Assembly (NCBI GenBank): GCA_965235115.1 | Contig: OZ249436.1 | Coordinates: 53,446,001-53,510,000 of the forward strand | Direction: 5' to 3' | Source: Laetmonice hystrix | Lineage: Eukaryota | Length of the DNA: 64,000 nt | Part shown: in pieces, positions 62,708-64,000 of the stretch | How positions within the stretch are numbered: the stretch's first letter is position 1 | How the letters are laid out: the number at the start of each line of letters is the position of its first letter | Notes under the pieces: generated by a model | What the model was told of the DNA's origin: nothing | What the model saw: only the letters and a program-made list of their open reading frames with translations | Databases searched by the model: none | Translations under genes and position numbers: made by a program

Positions 62708-64000
62708 TTAAACTGTGTAGACAAAATTACACTCCCCCCTTCTCAGTATTTCTTCCCTGGCATGCCTTTCAGGGACAAAGTACGGGGCTTTCAAACTTTG
62801 ACAAGTATCTGGAGGTCGACATGGTGTTTATTTGCACCGAGTACCCTGAAGTAGCCATTAGACCTAGGCTATAGCAATCATGTTGATACATCATGCCCCC
62901 ACCCCCTTCAGTCCAACCGTTTTTGGAGACTCTCTACGCAAGACTAAAAACGTAGATCTACCATCATTACAACACCATCTCTGTTTCCGTCTGTCACTGA
63001 CATAGTTAATCCTATCTGTCACTGGCACAGTGACTTCGTGACATCAATTTCGTCCAGGCATCATGATGTCAGTAGGGCAAGAATTTGACCTGGATATAGG
63101 CCTGCATGCACTGCATGTCTATGAGGAGCGGCGGAAGAGTTAAACTGCATGCATGGGGTTGGGAATTGGGGAGGTTTATCTGGGGTAAAATTGAATTTTA
63201 CATCTCTTCTGCATGAAGTCATTTAAATTTCACAAAAGGAAGGGGGTATAGGTGGCAGTTAATTATAGGCCTATTTTGAATAAGAGCTGTTATCATGCGT
63301 GTATTCAGGATTTATTATAATGTAGCCATGCAATCACATTTGGCCGGCGGCTTATCTTTCCCTCTATTTAATAGTCTATCAAAAGACACATATTTTCTGT
63401 TGTTGCGAACCATCAACTGACACGATAATCATGCAGTGTAGATTCCCGGTCATTCCCAGGCCAACGCTGTGTGCCAAAGGGGTAAGTATACGATTAAGAA
63501 ACTAGTTGTATTTTGGGGTTGATTGATGGATATACATAATTATGTAATCTGCCCCTTTAAATATGTAATGTTGCAAACTAGCAAAAAGGTTTTCTCCCAG
63601 TGTCACCGACGGACTCTCATGACAGGAGAGGGTGCATGGGGGAGCGGGCATGCCCCGTGATGGGATCGAGATACTGTGACGCGGGGGGGAAGGGGCGGGA
63701 GAGGGCGAGGGTAAATTATTTCCAGGGTGGGAATCGTTAGACACACGGGGTACATACACGATGGGGTTGACAGTGGAAGGAAGGCATGACAAGTCGAGCG
63801 AAGGCAAAAATAGTCACCCAGCACCATTATGGTTTGTGCTCGAAGGGGTTCTCCATGTATGGTTCTATTCCATTGTGCTAAATAATCTTACGCACTCTTA
63901 AAGGGAGCCGTAAAATTCATTTTTTCGATTTATGGCAGTCTTAGAAACATATGATTATCATACCTTGGACTCCCAGTAACATCATGTGAGACTGTTATGG

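Overview
Eukaryotic, intron-rich genomic DNA from a marine-invertebrate-like bilaterian (inferred from gene content and repeat types; species not determinable). Six spliced protein-coding genes can be reconstructed by hand with GT-AG boundaries and consistent phases: ADMP-like exon 1 (-; rest runs off the left edge), an MXRA7-like gene (+, 8 coding exons, five carrying a repeated MGFPGCP module), an ankyrin-repeat/SOCS-box gene (-), a FAM181/C19orf85-like gene (-), NUDT1/MTH1 (+) and TOMM22 (-). There is also a frameshifted CHST-type sulfotransferase pseudogene. Introns and intergenic DNA are packed with non-autonomous DNA transposons (target-site duplications of 2, 3, 4, 5, 6, 8 and 9 bp) and two Helentron/HINE-like elements. 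Most notable: (1) comparing paralogous repeat copies shows that the abundant TAGGCCTA-type words arise by short insertions at TA sites and cluster near promoters; (2) the symmetric-exon Cys-Pro repeat module in the MXRA7-like protein; (3) TTAA-ended inverted repeats bracketing the FAM181-like gene; (4) a Smad/Schnurri-type element inside ADMP exon 1. All identifications come from recognising motifs by eye, not from database searches.
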